Below are positions 1 through 8,951 of a stretch of 32,000 nt of DNA, piece by piece. The notes below the pieces were generated by a model, which was not told the DNA's origin, made no database searches, and saw only the letters and a list, made by a program, of their open reading frames with translations. How positions within the stretch are numbered: the stretch's first letter is position 1; every line of letters begins with the position of its first letter. The position numbers were made by a program, and so were the translations under genes. The DNA is from Candidatus Electrothrix yaqonensis (GTDB taxonomy: Bacteria; Desulfobacterota; Desulfobulbia; Desulfobulbales; Desulfobulbaceae), in assembly GCA_047651235.1 (NCBI GenBank), contig CP178758.1, forward strand, positions 1,650,001 through 1,682,000. The letters are read 5' to 3'.

Positions 1-17
1 TCATATTGCTGTTTCCC

Positions 18-46
18 TTGGGTAATACACCCTGTTCTGGTATAAT
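18..46 (+). promoter_or_regulatory. candidate sigma70-type promoter with extended -10 (TGgTATAAT at 38-46; weak -35 TTGGGT at 18-23, 17-nt spacer)
   Basis: Motif read directly from the sequence, about 65 nt upstream of the ATG at 113. No experimental support. Confidence 0.3.
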
Positions 47-112
47 TTGGCGCAGTTCTTTTAGAGATTGCAGCCCGAAAGATACATTCCCTTTTCCCAA
101 GAGGAAACCATT

Positions 113-535
113 ATGCCCGCACCCTTTACCCCGGAACAGCTGGAAGACCTTTCTCTGAACATAGACGAGCAGCTTGACGAGCTGCGGAACAGCCCATCCC
201 CGTACAGCGGGACCAAGGCCAGCAAGGAATCCAAGGAGCTTCCTGATCGCACCCCCAAGCAGTGGCAGGCCATTGCCGAGGTGACCGAGGAAGAGCCGCA
301 GACCTTCTGGCAGCGCTTTAAGCTGGCTGCCCATAAAGATCTCTGTGAGGAAGGCGGGGTGCTCCATGACCAATGGCAGAAATGGGGCGACCTGCGTAAG
401 GAGTCCGTGCTCAAGTCCTTCGGGGCAATTCTGGTGGCAATGGGCTTTTCCGGTAATGCCCTGCAGGTGCTGGCCGTGGCCGTAGCAGTGATCGTCATGC
501 ACATAGGCTGCACCGCCATCTGCGCGGAGGACTGA
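113..535 (+). CDS. hypothetical small protein with an acidic/helical N-terminal part and a C-terminal hydrophobic helix (FGAILVAMGFSGNALQVLAVAVAVIVMHIG)
   Basis: The track ORF 68-535 starts at TTG. The in-frame ATG at 113 is preceded by GAGGAA (101-106) and is the more likely start. Its stop TGA (533-535) lies 2 nt before the next ATG (538). No family recognised. Confidence 0.55.
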   Translation: MPAPFTPEQLEDLSLNIDEQLDELRNSPSPYSGTKASKESKELPDRTPKQWQAIAEVTEEEPQTFWQRFKLAAHKDLCEEGGVLHDQWQKWGDLRKESVLKSFGAILVAMGFSGNALQVLAVAVAVIVMHIGCTAICAED

Positions 536-537
536 CC

Positions 538-1476
538 ATGTCCATAGAATTACGCCTGACCTTCACCGATGCTACCCACGTCATGGTTTCCCTGCTCGGA
601 GCCAACCCGGATGCCTCTCCGCCTGCCGAGTTCACGAGTCCCCTCAAGGAAGCCGACCTGAACGAACTGCGCTGGTACCTGGAGGACTACGGCACCAGCT
701 ATGCTGCTGAACCGGATGATGCCCGGGCCAAGGCAGTCGAGGAGCTGGAGCTGAAAAATCCCTACAACCTTGCCGACTATCAGTCCGGCAAGCTCGCAAT
801 TCTTGACATCAAGGCCAGGGACTCCAACGGACGCTGGATCAACGTGGAGATGCAGATGACCGAGGACCGGAATTTCGATAAACGGGCCATCTACTACTGG
901 GCCGGGATACTGACCAGGCAGCTTGCCGAGGGCAGTATCTACGAGGAGCTGACCAAGACGATCAGCATCAATATCCTGGACTTCAACTTTGTGCCGGACG
1001 CGGATCGGTTCCACAACCGCTACAAGATCATCAACGTGGATACTCTGAAAGAGGACAGCCTGCATGACATCTTTGAACTGCACTACGTGGAGCTGAAGAA
1101 ATTCCGCAAGCAGTTCCATGAACTCGCGGCTCCGCTCGACCGCTGGGCCGCCTTTCTGTCCCGTGCAGGGGAGCTGGACAAGGAAAAACTTCCCCCGACC
1201 ATTGCCTGCGACCCGGCCCTGGTCAGGGCCGTCATGGCTGTGGACCGGCTGTTCGACGAAGACGAGCGCGAGATCTACGAAGCGCGCAGGCAGGCTATCA
1301 TTGATCAGGAGAGCAAAATCGCCTCTGCCCTGAAAGCGGGGATGGAGCAAGGTATGGAAAAGGGCATCCTCCAGGTTGCCCGGAACCTTCTTGATATTCT
1401 GGATGACGCCGGAATTGCCGAGAAAACAGGTTTGTCTCTTTCTGCTGTGCAGAAGTTGCGGCAAGGAAAGATATAA
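538..1476 (+). CDS. chimeric Rpn-family PD-(D/E)XK nuclease / putative transposase (PDDEXK_2, TIGR01784-like) with an unrelated ~70-aa N-terminal module
   Basis: From about aa 72 (LKNPY...LDIKARD...INVEMQ...YYW...ELHYVELKKF...) it is collinear with the intact Rpn at 29352-30245 (IVDPY...VDVKAV...IIEMQ...LYNA...[11 protein letters not shown]). It lacks the canonical [17 protein letters not shown] start. The first ~70 aa (MSIELRLTF...LRWYLEDYG...) are unrelated to Rpn. Confidence 0.8.
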   Translation: MSIELRLTFTDATHVMVSLLGANPDASPPAEFTSPLKEADLNELRWYLEDYGTSYAAEPDDARAKAVEELELKNPYNLADYQSGKLAILDIKARDSNGRWINVEMQMTEDRNFDKRAIYYWAGILTRQLAEGSIYEELTKTISINILDFNFVPDADRFHNRYKIINVDTLKEDSLHDIFELHYVELKKFRKQFHELAAPLDRWAAFLSRAGELDKEKLPPTIACDPALVRAVMAVDRLFDEDEREIYEARRQAIIDQESKIASALKAGMEQGMEKGILQVARNLLDILDDAGIAEKTGLSLSAVQKLRQGKI

Positions 1477-2780
1477 TGGAAAGACCTACAGAGCAGGCGG
1501 ACATTGCCGCCGTCCTGCAGTCATCGCAGAAGAAAGGCGGCAAGTGCAGGCTGTGCCTGCTGGTTCTGGTGCTCTGCTGTGCTGGCGGGGCATTCTTTTA
1601 TTTTCAGCAGAAGCAACCGGAAGGCGGCGGCCCGGAGATGAGCTTTACCACAGAACCGGTTACCATTGACAATCTGGTCGTTACCGTGACCGCTACCGGC
1701 ACCTTGGAGCCGACCAACAAGGTGGATGTGGGCAGCGAACTGTCTGGAAAGGTTGAAGCGGTGATGGCGGATTTTAATGATCAGGTGACCGAGGGGCAGG
1801 TGCTGGCCCGGCTGGATGTGTCCAAGCTCAAGGCCCAGGTCAAGCAGACCGAGGCATCGCTGCAGGCGGCCAAGGCCAGGGTGCTGCAGGCCGAAGCCAC
1901 TATCGAGGAGACCGGCAGTAAACTCAGGCAGCTGCAAAAGGTCTACAAACTCAGCAACGGCAAGATGCCTTCCCGGACAGATATGGACGCGGCCAAGGCT
2001 GCCTCTTCCCGGGCCAAGGCCGACCTTGCCAGCGCCAAGGCCGGGGTTGCCGAGGTGCAGGCAAAGCTGGACATCACCCTGACCGACCTGGCCAAGGCTG
2101 AGATCATCTCGCCGGTCAACGGGATTGTTTTGTCCAGAAAGATTGAAAAGGGCCAGACCGTGGCCGCCTCCTTTGAAGCACCGGTCCTGTTTGAGCTGGC
2201 TGAAGACCTGACCAAGATGGAACTGCATGTGGATGTGGACGAAGCAGACATCGGCCAAGTCAGCAAGGGGCAGGAGGCGGAGTTCACCGTGGACGCCTAC
2301 CCGGAGCGGAAGTTCTCCGCCGTGATCAGTCAGGTCCATTTTGCTGCCACCACCACGGACGGCGTGGTCACCTATGAAACCGTGCTGCTGGTGGACAATA
2401 CGGATCTGGCCCTCAGACCGGGCATGACCGCCACAGCGGAAATTGTGGTACAGCAGGTGGAAAATGCCCTGACCGTGCCCAATGCCGCCCTGCGCTTCAC
2501 CCCGCCGTCACCGGAAAAAAATACACAGAAACCTTCCCTGCTCAGTACTGTCTTTCCCCGTCGTTCGAGAAGGAGAAAAGAGCGGAAACCGACTATTGTG
2601 CCCAAGGGGAAACGGCAGCATGTCTGGATAGAGAGCAAACAGGGGCCGCCTAAGCAGATTGCCGTCAAGGTAGGTCTCAGCGACGGTATGCGGACCGAAA
2701 TACTGGAAGGAGAACTGCAGGATGGGGATGAGGTCATCACTGCCGCCCTGAGCGGCGGAAAAAGCCGCAGAGCGCGATGA
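1476..2780 (+). CDS. efflux transporter periplasmic adaptor subunit (HlyD/MacA family)
   Basis: It has an N-terminal TM segment, a long coiled-coil (LKAQVKQTEASLQAAKARVLQAEA...) and a barrel-sandwich hybrid motif (VDVGSELSGKV ... SPVNGIVL). The start overlaps the upstream stop (TAATG). Confidence 0.9.
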   Translation: MERPTEQADIAAVLQSSQKKGGKCRLCLLVLVLCCAGGAFFYFQQKQPEGGGPEMSFTTEPVTIDNLVVTVTATGTLEPTNKVDVGSELSGKVEAVMADFNDQVTEGQVLARLDVSKLKAQVKQTEASLQAAKARVLQAEATIEETGSKLRQLQKVYKLSNGKMPSRTDMDAAKAASSRAKADLASAKAGVAEVQAKLDITLTDLAKAEIISPVNGIVLSRKIEKGQTVAASFEAPVLFELAEDLTKMELHVDVDEADIGQVSKGQEAEFTVDAYPERKFSAVISQVHFAATTTDGVVTYETVLLVDNTDLALRPGMTATAEIVVQQVENALTVPNAALRFTPPSPEKNTQKPSLLSTVFPRRSRRRKERKPTIVPKGKRQHVWIESKQGPPKQIAVKVGLSDGMRTEILEGELQDGDEVITAALSGGKSRRAR

Positions 2781-3508
2781 GTACACGGACAATGGACACG
2801 GACAGCACGGACAGCGGATCACTCATCTGCCTGCGGGACATCACCAAAGCATACGGCATGGGCCAGGCCCGGACCTATGCCCTGCACGGGGTAGATCTGG
2901 ACATCGGCAAAGGCGATTTTGTCTCGATCATGGGGCCGAGCGGTTCCGGCAAATCCACCTGCATGAATATCCTCGGGTGCCTGGATACGCCCACCTCGGG
3001 CCAGTACCGCTTCGGCGGAGTGGAGGTCAGCGGCCTGAGCCGCAAACAGCGGGCCATGCTCCGCCGCTTTTACCTGGGCTTTGTCTTTCAGGGCTTCAAT
3101 CTGCTCAATCGGACCTCAGCCCAGGAAAACGTTGAATTGCCGCTGATGTACCGGGGAACTCCGGGCCGCAGACGGCGGGAGATGGCCCGACAGGCCCTGG
3201 AAGTTGTCGGCCTGGAGGGCCGAGAATCGCACACACCGGGCGAGCTTTCCGGCGGCCAGCAGCAGCGGGTGGCCATTGCCCGGGCCATTGTCACCAACCC
3301 TTCGGTGCTCTTTGCCGATGAACCCACCGGCAACCTGGACACCTCGCGCAGTCATGAGATTATGGAGCTGCTGGTCCGCCTGAACCGGGAAAACGGTATC
3401 ACCATTGTCATGGTCACCCATGAACCGGAAATGGCGGCCTATACCGGACGGATTATCCGTTTTATCGACGGCCAAGTGGCCCCGGATGCTGCAACGGAGG
3501 CAGCCTGA
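2777..3508 (+). CDS. ABC transporter ATP-binding protein (MacB/LolD type)
   Basis: Walker [10 protein letters not shown], signature [14 protein letters not shown], Walker [12 protein letters not shown]. There is an ATGA overlap with the adaptor gene. Confidence 0.93.
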   Translation: MSTRTMDTDSTDSGSLICLRDITKAYGMGQARTYALHGVDLDIGKGDFVSIMGPSGSGKSTCMNILGCLDTPTSGQYRFGGVEVSGLSRKQRAMLRRFYLGFVFQGFNLLNRTSAQENVELPLMYRGTPGRRRREMARQALEVVGLEGRESHTPGELSGGQQQRVAIARAIVTNPSVLFADEPTGNLDTSRSHEIMELLVRLNRENGITIVMVTHEPEMAAYTGRIIRFIDGQVAPDAATEAA

Positions 3509-4711
3509 ATGTTCCTGAAAATGATCCTGCTCGCCCTGCGCGACATCCGGCGCAATGTCATGCGTTCGGTCCTGACCGTGCTGGGCATCATCATCGGCGT
3601 GGCTGCGGTCATCACCCTGGTGACTATCGGCAACGGCACCACGGCCCAGGTTACCAATCAGATTGCCGCCATGGGCACCAACGTTCTGATGCTTGTGCCG
3701 GGCCAGCATCGGGGGCCGGGCCGCTCATCCGCACCCAGCTTCACCCTCCGTGATGTGGCGGCTGTGCGCCACGAAATTGCCGCCCTGAATGCCGTGGCAC
3801 CGGTTTGCTCCGCCGGTACAACTGCAGTGGCCGGAAACCGGAACTGGTCCACCAGTGTGACCGGCAGCACCAATGAATTTTTCACTGTCCGCAACTGGAC
3901 CATTGCCCAAGGCAGAATTTTTGAACCGGCGGAATTGAGTTCCGGCAGGGCGGTCTGCGTTATCGGGGCAACCGTGCGCAGCAACCTCTTTCCCGGCACA
4001 GATCCGGTGGGCAGAAAGATCCGCCTGGGCAAGGTCTCCTGTCAGGTGATCGGACTGTTGCAGGAAAAGGGGCAGTCAAGCATGGGCCGGGACCAGGACG
4101 ACCTGATCGTCATGCCCCTGCCTGCAGTGCAGCGCCGCTTCACCGGCAACCGGGATGTCTCGACGATTCAGGTTTCGGTTATGGACGGGGTATCGACAAA
4201 AAAGGTTGCCGACTACCTGACTTCGCTGATGCGTAAACGGCGGCATCTCGCGGAAAATGAAGAGGATAATTTCATGATTTGGGATACCAAGGAGCTGGCC
4301 GCCATGCTCACCGGCACCACCAAGAGCATGACCGCCCTGCTCAGTGCAGTGGCTGCGGTCAGCCTGCTGGTCGGCGGCATCGGGATCATGAACATCATGC
4401 TGGTCTCGGTGACCGAGCGCACCCGTGAGATCGGCATCCGCCTGGCCATCGGCGCCTTTGAACACGAGGTGCTGCTCCAGTTTCTGATCGAGTCCGTGGT
4501 GCTTTCTTCCTTCGGCGGCATCTTCGGCATTATCCTGGCCATGAGCGTGTCCTTCGGCCTCACTCAGATGATGGGAATCCCCTTTCTCCCGGATCTGAAG
4601 ATCATCGGCATTGCATTTCTGTTCTCCGCTGCGGTCGGGGTGGTTTTCGGCTATTTCCCGGCGTTGAAAGCGGCACGGCTTGATCCTATTGATGCGTTGA
4701 GGCATGAGTGA
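3509..4711 (+). CDS. ABC transporter permease (MacB-like periplasmic domain plus FtsX domain)
   Basis: The N-terminal TM, large periplasmic domain, three C-terminal TMs and the ending motif GYFPALKAARLDPIDALRHE are typical of MacB/FtsX permeases. It starts directly after the ATPase stop. Confidence 0.9.
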   Translation: MFLKMILLALRDIRRNVMRSVLTVLGIIIGVAAVITLVTIGNGTTAQVTNQIAAMGTNVLMLVPGQHRGPGRSSAPSFTLRDVAAVRHEIAALNAVAPVCSAGTTAVAGNRNWSTSVTGSTNEFFTVRNWTIAQGRIFEPAELSSGRAVCVIGATVRSNLFPGTDPVGRKIRLGKVSCQVIGLLQEKGQSSMGRDQDDLIVMPLPAVQRRFTGNRDVSTIQVSVMDGVSTKKVADYLTSLMRKRRHLAENEEDNFMIWDTKELAAMLTGTTKSMTALLSAVAAVSLLVGGIGIMNIMLVSVTERTREIGIRLAIGAFEHEVLLQFLIESVVLSSFGGIFGIILAMSVSFGLTQMMGIPFLPDLKIIGIAFLFSAAVGVVFGYFPALKAARLDPIDALRHE

Positions 4712-5001
4712 AGAGTTTTACTTTTGGAGAGAGCGGGCACAAGATTTCAGACGATTTGATTTACTGAAGCTCTGGGGTGCGATAGACCTCCTGCAAAACT
4801 TCGTGATTTGACAGAGACGGCGAATACTGATATTCTTTCACCCGTTTTTCCTGATTGTCAACGTCCCGGAGGTCGAAAAATTGTCCCGCCGTCTGACCGG
4901 TGTCGATATTGATCTACACCCGCGACAGGGGGATAGCTGACAACCGGACAACAGGACGCAGCAGCATAACTATCTTCTCTTGAACAAAGTGAGATCGCAG
5001 G

Positions 5002-5799
5002 ATGGATTTTTCATCAACAGCAATGCGCGCATTCAGCACTCTGTGGTATTTAATCCCGTTGGTGCTTCTCGCGGCGGTTGTCCTTCCGGCGATTCTGACA
5101 TCTCCCTGGTTTAAAGGGGCAATGGGTGAGTTTGTCGTCAATTTTTATGCAAAATGGTTGCTCGACAAAAGACAATATCACCTTGTAAAAAATGTAACAC
5201 TGCCTACCGAAGACGGAACCACCCAGATTGATCATATCATCGTCTCTGTCTTCGGCATCTTTGTGATTGAAACGAAAAATATGAAAGGCCGGATATATGG
5301 AGACCCGAAGCAGCGAACCTGGACTCAGAAAATATACAAGTATTCAAATGGATTCCAAAACCCATTGCGTCAGAACTATAAGCATATACAAGTACTGAAA
5401 TCTCTCTTGGGGTTAAATAAACAGCAAATACATTCTGTCATCGTTTTTGTTGGCGACAGCACATTCAGGACAGAAATGCCCGAAAATGTAACGTATGGCA
5501 GAGGCTGTATCAGATTCATTAAATCAAAGAAAAAGACGGTATTGTCGGAAGAGAAGGTAAAGGAAATTTTAGAAAAAATCGAATCAGGAAGACTGGTACC
5601 TTCCTTCAGAACGAACCGCGCACATAGAAAACATGTGAAGAGTATCGTTGCGAAAAAAGAAAAAGAAATTACGCCGAGTTGTCTGAAATGCGGCAGTTCA
5701 ATGGTATTGCGGGAAGCCGGGAAAGGCCGGAACGTCGGTAAAAAGTTTTGGGGCTGCACAAAGTTTCCTCAATGCAGAGGGACGAAGAACATTACATAA
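5002..5799 (+). CDS. NERD (nuclease-related domain) protein with a C-terminal topoisomerase-type C4 zinc ribbon
   Basis: N-terminal TM, then GEFVVNFYA...LPTEDGTTQIDHIIVSVFGIFVIETKNMKG...NPLRQNYKH (NERD core). The C-terminal CLKCGSSMVLREAGKGRNVGKKFWGCTKFPQC is the zinc ribbon. The gene is AT-richer than its flanks. Confidence 0.85.
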   Translation: MDFSSTAMRAFSTLWYLIPLVLLAAVVLPAILTSPWFKGAMGEFVVNFYAKWLLDKRQYHLVKNVTLPTEDGTTQIDHIIVSVFGIFVIETKNMKGRIYGDPKQRTWTQKIYKYSNGFQNPLRQNYKHIQVLKSLLGLNKQQIHSVIVFVGDSTFRTEMPENVTYGRGCIRFIKSKKKTVLSEEKVKEILEKIESGRLVPSFRTNRAHRKHVKSIVAKKEKEITPSCLKCGSSMVLREAGKGRNVGKKFWGCTKFPQCRGTKNIT

Positions 5800-5859
5800 A
5801 TAACCAAATGCAATCAAACAGAAAAACGTACCGTTCTACTCTGCTTTTTTCTGCTGGCG

Positions 5860-6843
5860 ATGTTTACGCTTAAGCAGCGCATGACGCTTCCAAAAAACAA
5901 TCAGAGGAATCAGGAGAGCAGACCGGATTTCCGGCAGCTCCGTACCCTGTGGCCGGTTCACGCCATGATGCTGCTGTCCGCCGGTCTGGTCTCCACCTCA
6001 TTCACAGTGGGTAAGGCCATTGCCGGAGGAATGCATCCGGCGGTCCTGACCCTGATTCGTTTTATCATTGCCGCCCTGCTCTTTCTTCCCTTTATCGTCC
6101 GGCAATACGGGGCAAAAATTCCGGACGCCCGGAGCCTGCTGGGCTATGCCAGTATTAGCTTCGCCCTGACCGGATTCTTCTGGTTGATGTTTCTTTCCCT
6201 GCGCTCCACCACCGCTCTGAATACCGGGGTGATCTTTACGCTGGTTCCGGGGATCTCCGGCCTGTACAGTGCCGTACTGCTCAGGGAACGTCTCGGGAAA
6301 TACCGGCTGCTCGCTATGATTCCGGCGGCTGTCGGGGCGACTTGGGTGCTGTTTCACGGCAGTCTGCAACAGCTCCTTGCCTTTAACCTGCATTCCGGTG
6401 ACCTGATTTTTTTCGGCGGCTGCCTGCTCATGGCCTTCTATACGCCGCTGGTCAGACTTTTTCACCAGGGCGAACCCATGTCCGTCATGACCTTCTGGAT
6501 TCTGGTCACCGGCAGTGGCTGGCTCCTGCTCTTTTCCGGCCACCGGTTGCCCCAAGTTCCCTGGAGCGACATCAGCCTTAAAGTTTGGGCGGGAATTGTT
6601 TACCTTGCTGTCTTTTCCACGATCATCACTTTTTTTCTCAGCCAGCTCTGCACCCTCTATCTCGGCCCGACACGGGTGATGGCCTACAGCTATCTGTACC
6701 CGCCGTTTATTCTCCTGATAGAGCGTCTTTTTGGCCATCCGCTGCCTTCCGTCCGGGTGCTGCCCGGCATCGCATTAATTGCAGCAGCCATGCTGATTGT
6801 CCAGCAGGGTGCAGAGGGATCAGAAAATATGAAGAAAACCTGA
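5860..6843 (+). CDS. DMT superfamily (EamA-like) transporter
   Basis: About 10 predicted TM helices in two EamA-like halves. The start is uncertain (5860 or the in-frame ATG at 5881). Confidence 0.8.
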   Translation: MFTLKQRMTLPKNNQRNQESRPDFRQLRTLWPVHAMMLLSAGLVSTSFTVGKAIAGGMHPAVLTLIRFIIAALLFLPFIVRQYGAKIPDARSLLGYASISFALTGFFWLMFLSLRSTTALNTGVIFTLVPGISGLYSAVLLRERLGKYRLLAMIPAAVGATWVLFHGSLQQLLAFNLHSGDLIFFGGCLLMAFYTPLVRLFHQGEPMSVMTFWILVTGSGWLLLFSGHRLPQVPWSDISLKVWAGIVYLAVFSTIITFFLSQLCTLYLGPTRVMAYSYLYPPFILLIERLFGHPLPSVRVLPGIALIAAAMLIVQQGAEGSENMKKT

Positions 6844-6935
6844 AACACGACATGAACTTTTTTTTGCTTGACCTTGCCGTCCCACTATGATAAAAAGGGT
6901 GCGTCTTCACGACGTGAAGGATGCATGAAAAATAT

Positions 6936-7011
6936 TCCTCGGTAGCTCAGTCGGTAGAGCGGGTGGCTGTTAACCACCTTGTCGGCGGTTCGAGTCCGTC
7001 CCGGGGAGCCA
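6936..7011 (+). tRNA. tRNA-Asn (anticodon GUU)
   Basis: Cloverleaf folded by hand. The acceptor TCCTCGG pairs with CCGGGGA, with a D arm GCTC/GAGC. The anticodon stem GGTGG/CCACC carries the loop CTGTTAA. The T arm is GGCGG-TTCGAGT-CCGTC, with discriminator G and an encoded CCA. Confidence 0.93.
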
Positions 7012-7020
7012 TATATTGCA

Positions 7021-7052
7021 GCCTGAAGGAGCAATCCTTCAGGCTTTTTTTG
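7021..7052 (+). terminator. rho-independent terminator after tRNA-Asn
   Basis: 10-bp perfect stem GCCTGAAGGA / TCCTTCAGGC with loop GCAA, followed by T7. Confidence 0.8.
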
Positions 7053-7174
7053 TTGCTTTTTCCGTATTCCAGAGCGGCGGCTCCGCGGCCTGTTACAGAG
7101 TTTTTGCGGAATTTTTGCCTGCCCTGCCTTCACTTCGGAAAACTTCAGAAAAGAAAAAACAGGAAAGTTTTGCC

Positions 7175-8544
7175 ATGAACGAGCGTATCAAAGAACTGCT
7201 GCACCTCGAACCGGCTGGACAGCAGGTCGAAGTACACGGCTGGGTCAGGACCTGCCGTGATTCCGGCAACCTGTGCTTTGTCGAACTCACGGACGGCTCC
7301 TGCCTGACCGGGCTGCAGATCATCGCCGAAGCAAACCTGGAGAATTATGCGGCTGAAGTCAGAACGCTCAGTACCGGCACGGCTGTTCGGGTGGTCGGCA
7401 CTCTGGTAGAATCTCCAGCCAAGGGACAGGCCGTGGAAGTCCGGGCAGAGCAGGTTACCGTGCTCGGCCAAGCTGATCCTGCCACCTATCCCCTGCAGAA
7501 AAAACGGCACAGCTTCGAGTTCCTTCGTTCCATCTGCGGTCGCGCACCAATGCCCTGGGTGCAGTTGCCCGCATCCGTTCTGAATTAAACTTCGCCATTC
7601 ATCGCTTTTTCCGGGATCGTGGTTTTCTCCAAGTCCATACTCCCATCATCACCACCTCGGACTGCGAAGGCGCCGGAGAAATGTTCACGGTTACAGCCCT
7701 GTCTGCAGAAGAACTCCGGGAAAAATACGCCTTTGCCAAAGATTTTTTCGGTCGCAAAGCCGGGCTCACGGTCAGCGGGCAACTGCAGGCCGAGATCTTT
7801 GCCCTGTCCCACGGTCGGGTCTACACTTTCGGCCCGACGTTCCGGGCGGAAAACTCCAACACCAGTCGGCATCTGGCTGAATTCTGGATGCTGGAACCGG
7901 AGATGGCCTTCTGTGATCTGATCTGCGATATGGAAGTGGCCGAAGCCCTGATCCGGGATCTGCTGACCGCAGTGCTGGAAAACTGCGCCGAGGATCTTGA
8001 CCTGTTCAACCGTTTTGTCAGCAAGGGCCTGCTGCAGCGGTTGGAGACCGTGCGGGAGAAATCCTTTGCCCGCATGACCTACACCGAGGCGGTCAGCGCC
8101 CTGAAGCAGTCCGGCAGGCGGTTTGATTTTCCGGTCGAATGGGGCACGGACCTTCAGTCGGAGCATGAACGTTTCCTCTGCGAGGAGGTTACGGGCAGGC
8201 CGGTGATTGTCACGGATTATCCCAAAACCATCAAGCCGTTCTACATGCGCCTCAACAATGACAGCAGAACCGTGGCCGCAATGGATATCCTGATGCCGGG
8301 CATCGGCGAGCTGGTGGGCGGCAGCCAGCGGGAGGAACGCTTTGACCTGCTGCACAGCCGCATGGCAAAGGCCGGGCTTGATCCGGAGGAATACGGCTGG
8401 TACCTGGATCTGCGACGGTACGGCTCCGTACCCCATGCCGGTTTCGGCCTCGGATTTGAGCGGCTGGTTCAGTTTGTTACGGGCATGACCAATATCCGGG
8501 ACGTTATCCCCTTTCCGAGAACGCCGGGCAGCGCACCCTGTTAA
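7175..8544 (+). pseudogene. asnS: asparagine--tRNA ligase, reading frame disrupted near 7529-7533
   Basis: The frame-2 ORF (MNERIKELL...[11 protein letters not shown]) and the frame-1 continuation ([27 protein letters not shown]...[11 protein letters not shown]...[21 protein letters not shown]...GGSQREER...GFGLGFERL) together make one full class-IIb AsnRS. The two halves are in different frames. Confidence 0.85.
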
Positions 8545-8550
8545 GGCAAT

Positions 8551-8904
8551 TCAAGGCGACTCCTTTTCAGACGCTTTCTCCAGAACAGGAACCTTGTCCA
8601 GATCTTTCAGCGCTGCTTCGTCGGGATAGACTTCCAAGCAGGGTTTGCAGGCCAGCGCATAGCAGCACCGGAAGGCATCTGCGCAGCAGGCGCAGGTTTC
8701 AATCATTTTCTCAAAGACGATTTTCGTCTCTTTTCCTTTTTCCAGCAGACCTGCGCCGCACAACTGTACTGCAGCTGTTTTTTCTTCCATGCCTTCCAGG
8801 ACATGCATCGCTTCGCTGAACAGCTCCTCATGCTCAACAGCGCAGGCAGGAGTGCTGGTCAGGGCCAAGGATACAGCCAGAAGGCCCATAATTTTCTTCC
8901 TCAT
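8551..8904 (-). CDS. hypothetical secreted cysteine-rich protein
   Basis: Signal peptide MRKKIMGLLAVSLALTSTPACA, and a C-terminal cluster CACCADAFRCCYALACKPC. It is the third gene in the same orientation after the Tae4/Tai4 pair. No family recognised. Confidence 0.55.
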   Translation of the reverse strand: MRKKIMGLLAVSLALTSTPACAVEHEELFSEAMHVLEGMEEKTAAVQLCGAGLLEKGKETKIVFEKMIETCACCADAFRCCYALACKPCLEVYPDEAALKDLDKVPVLEKASEKESP

Positions 8905-8951
8905 CTCTTTTTCTTCCTCTTCTTTGTCCTCTTTCTTTACATACGCCCCTC

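Noticed and set aside
550-1464. A long antisense ORF (304 aa), and similar ones at 1521-2339, 3116-3709, 4076-4705, 5998-6738, 7585-8436, 12753-13589, 12985-13575, 13382-14410, 17165-18169 and 22090-22830.
   Set aside because: Each lies opposite a gene with clear family motifs. The translations are Arg/Gly/Pro/His-rich low-complexity sequences, typical of spurious antisense frames in GC-rich DNA.
4760-4912. A minus-strand ~50-codon reading frame ending in TAA (…KRVKEYQYSPSLSNHEVLQEVYRTPELQ*).
   Set aside because: It has no in-frame ATG, and only a GTG giving 26 aa. No RBS or family was recognised. It is kept only as a possible gene remnant, mentioned under the NERD finding.
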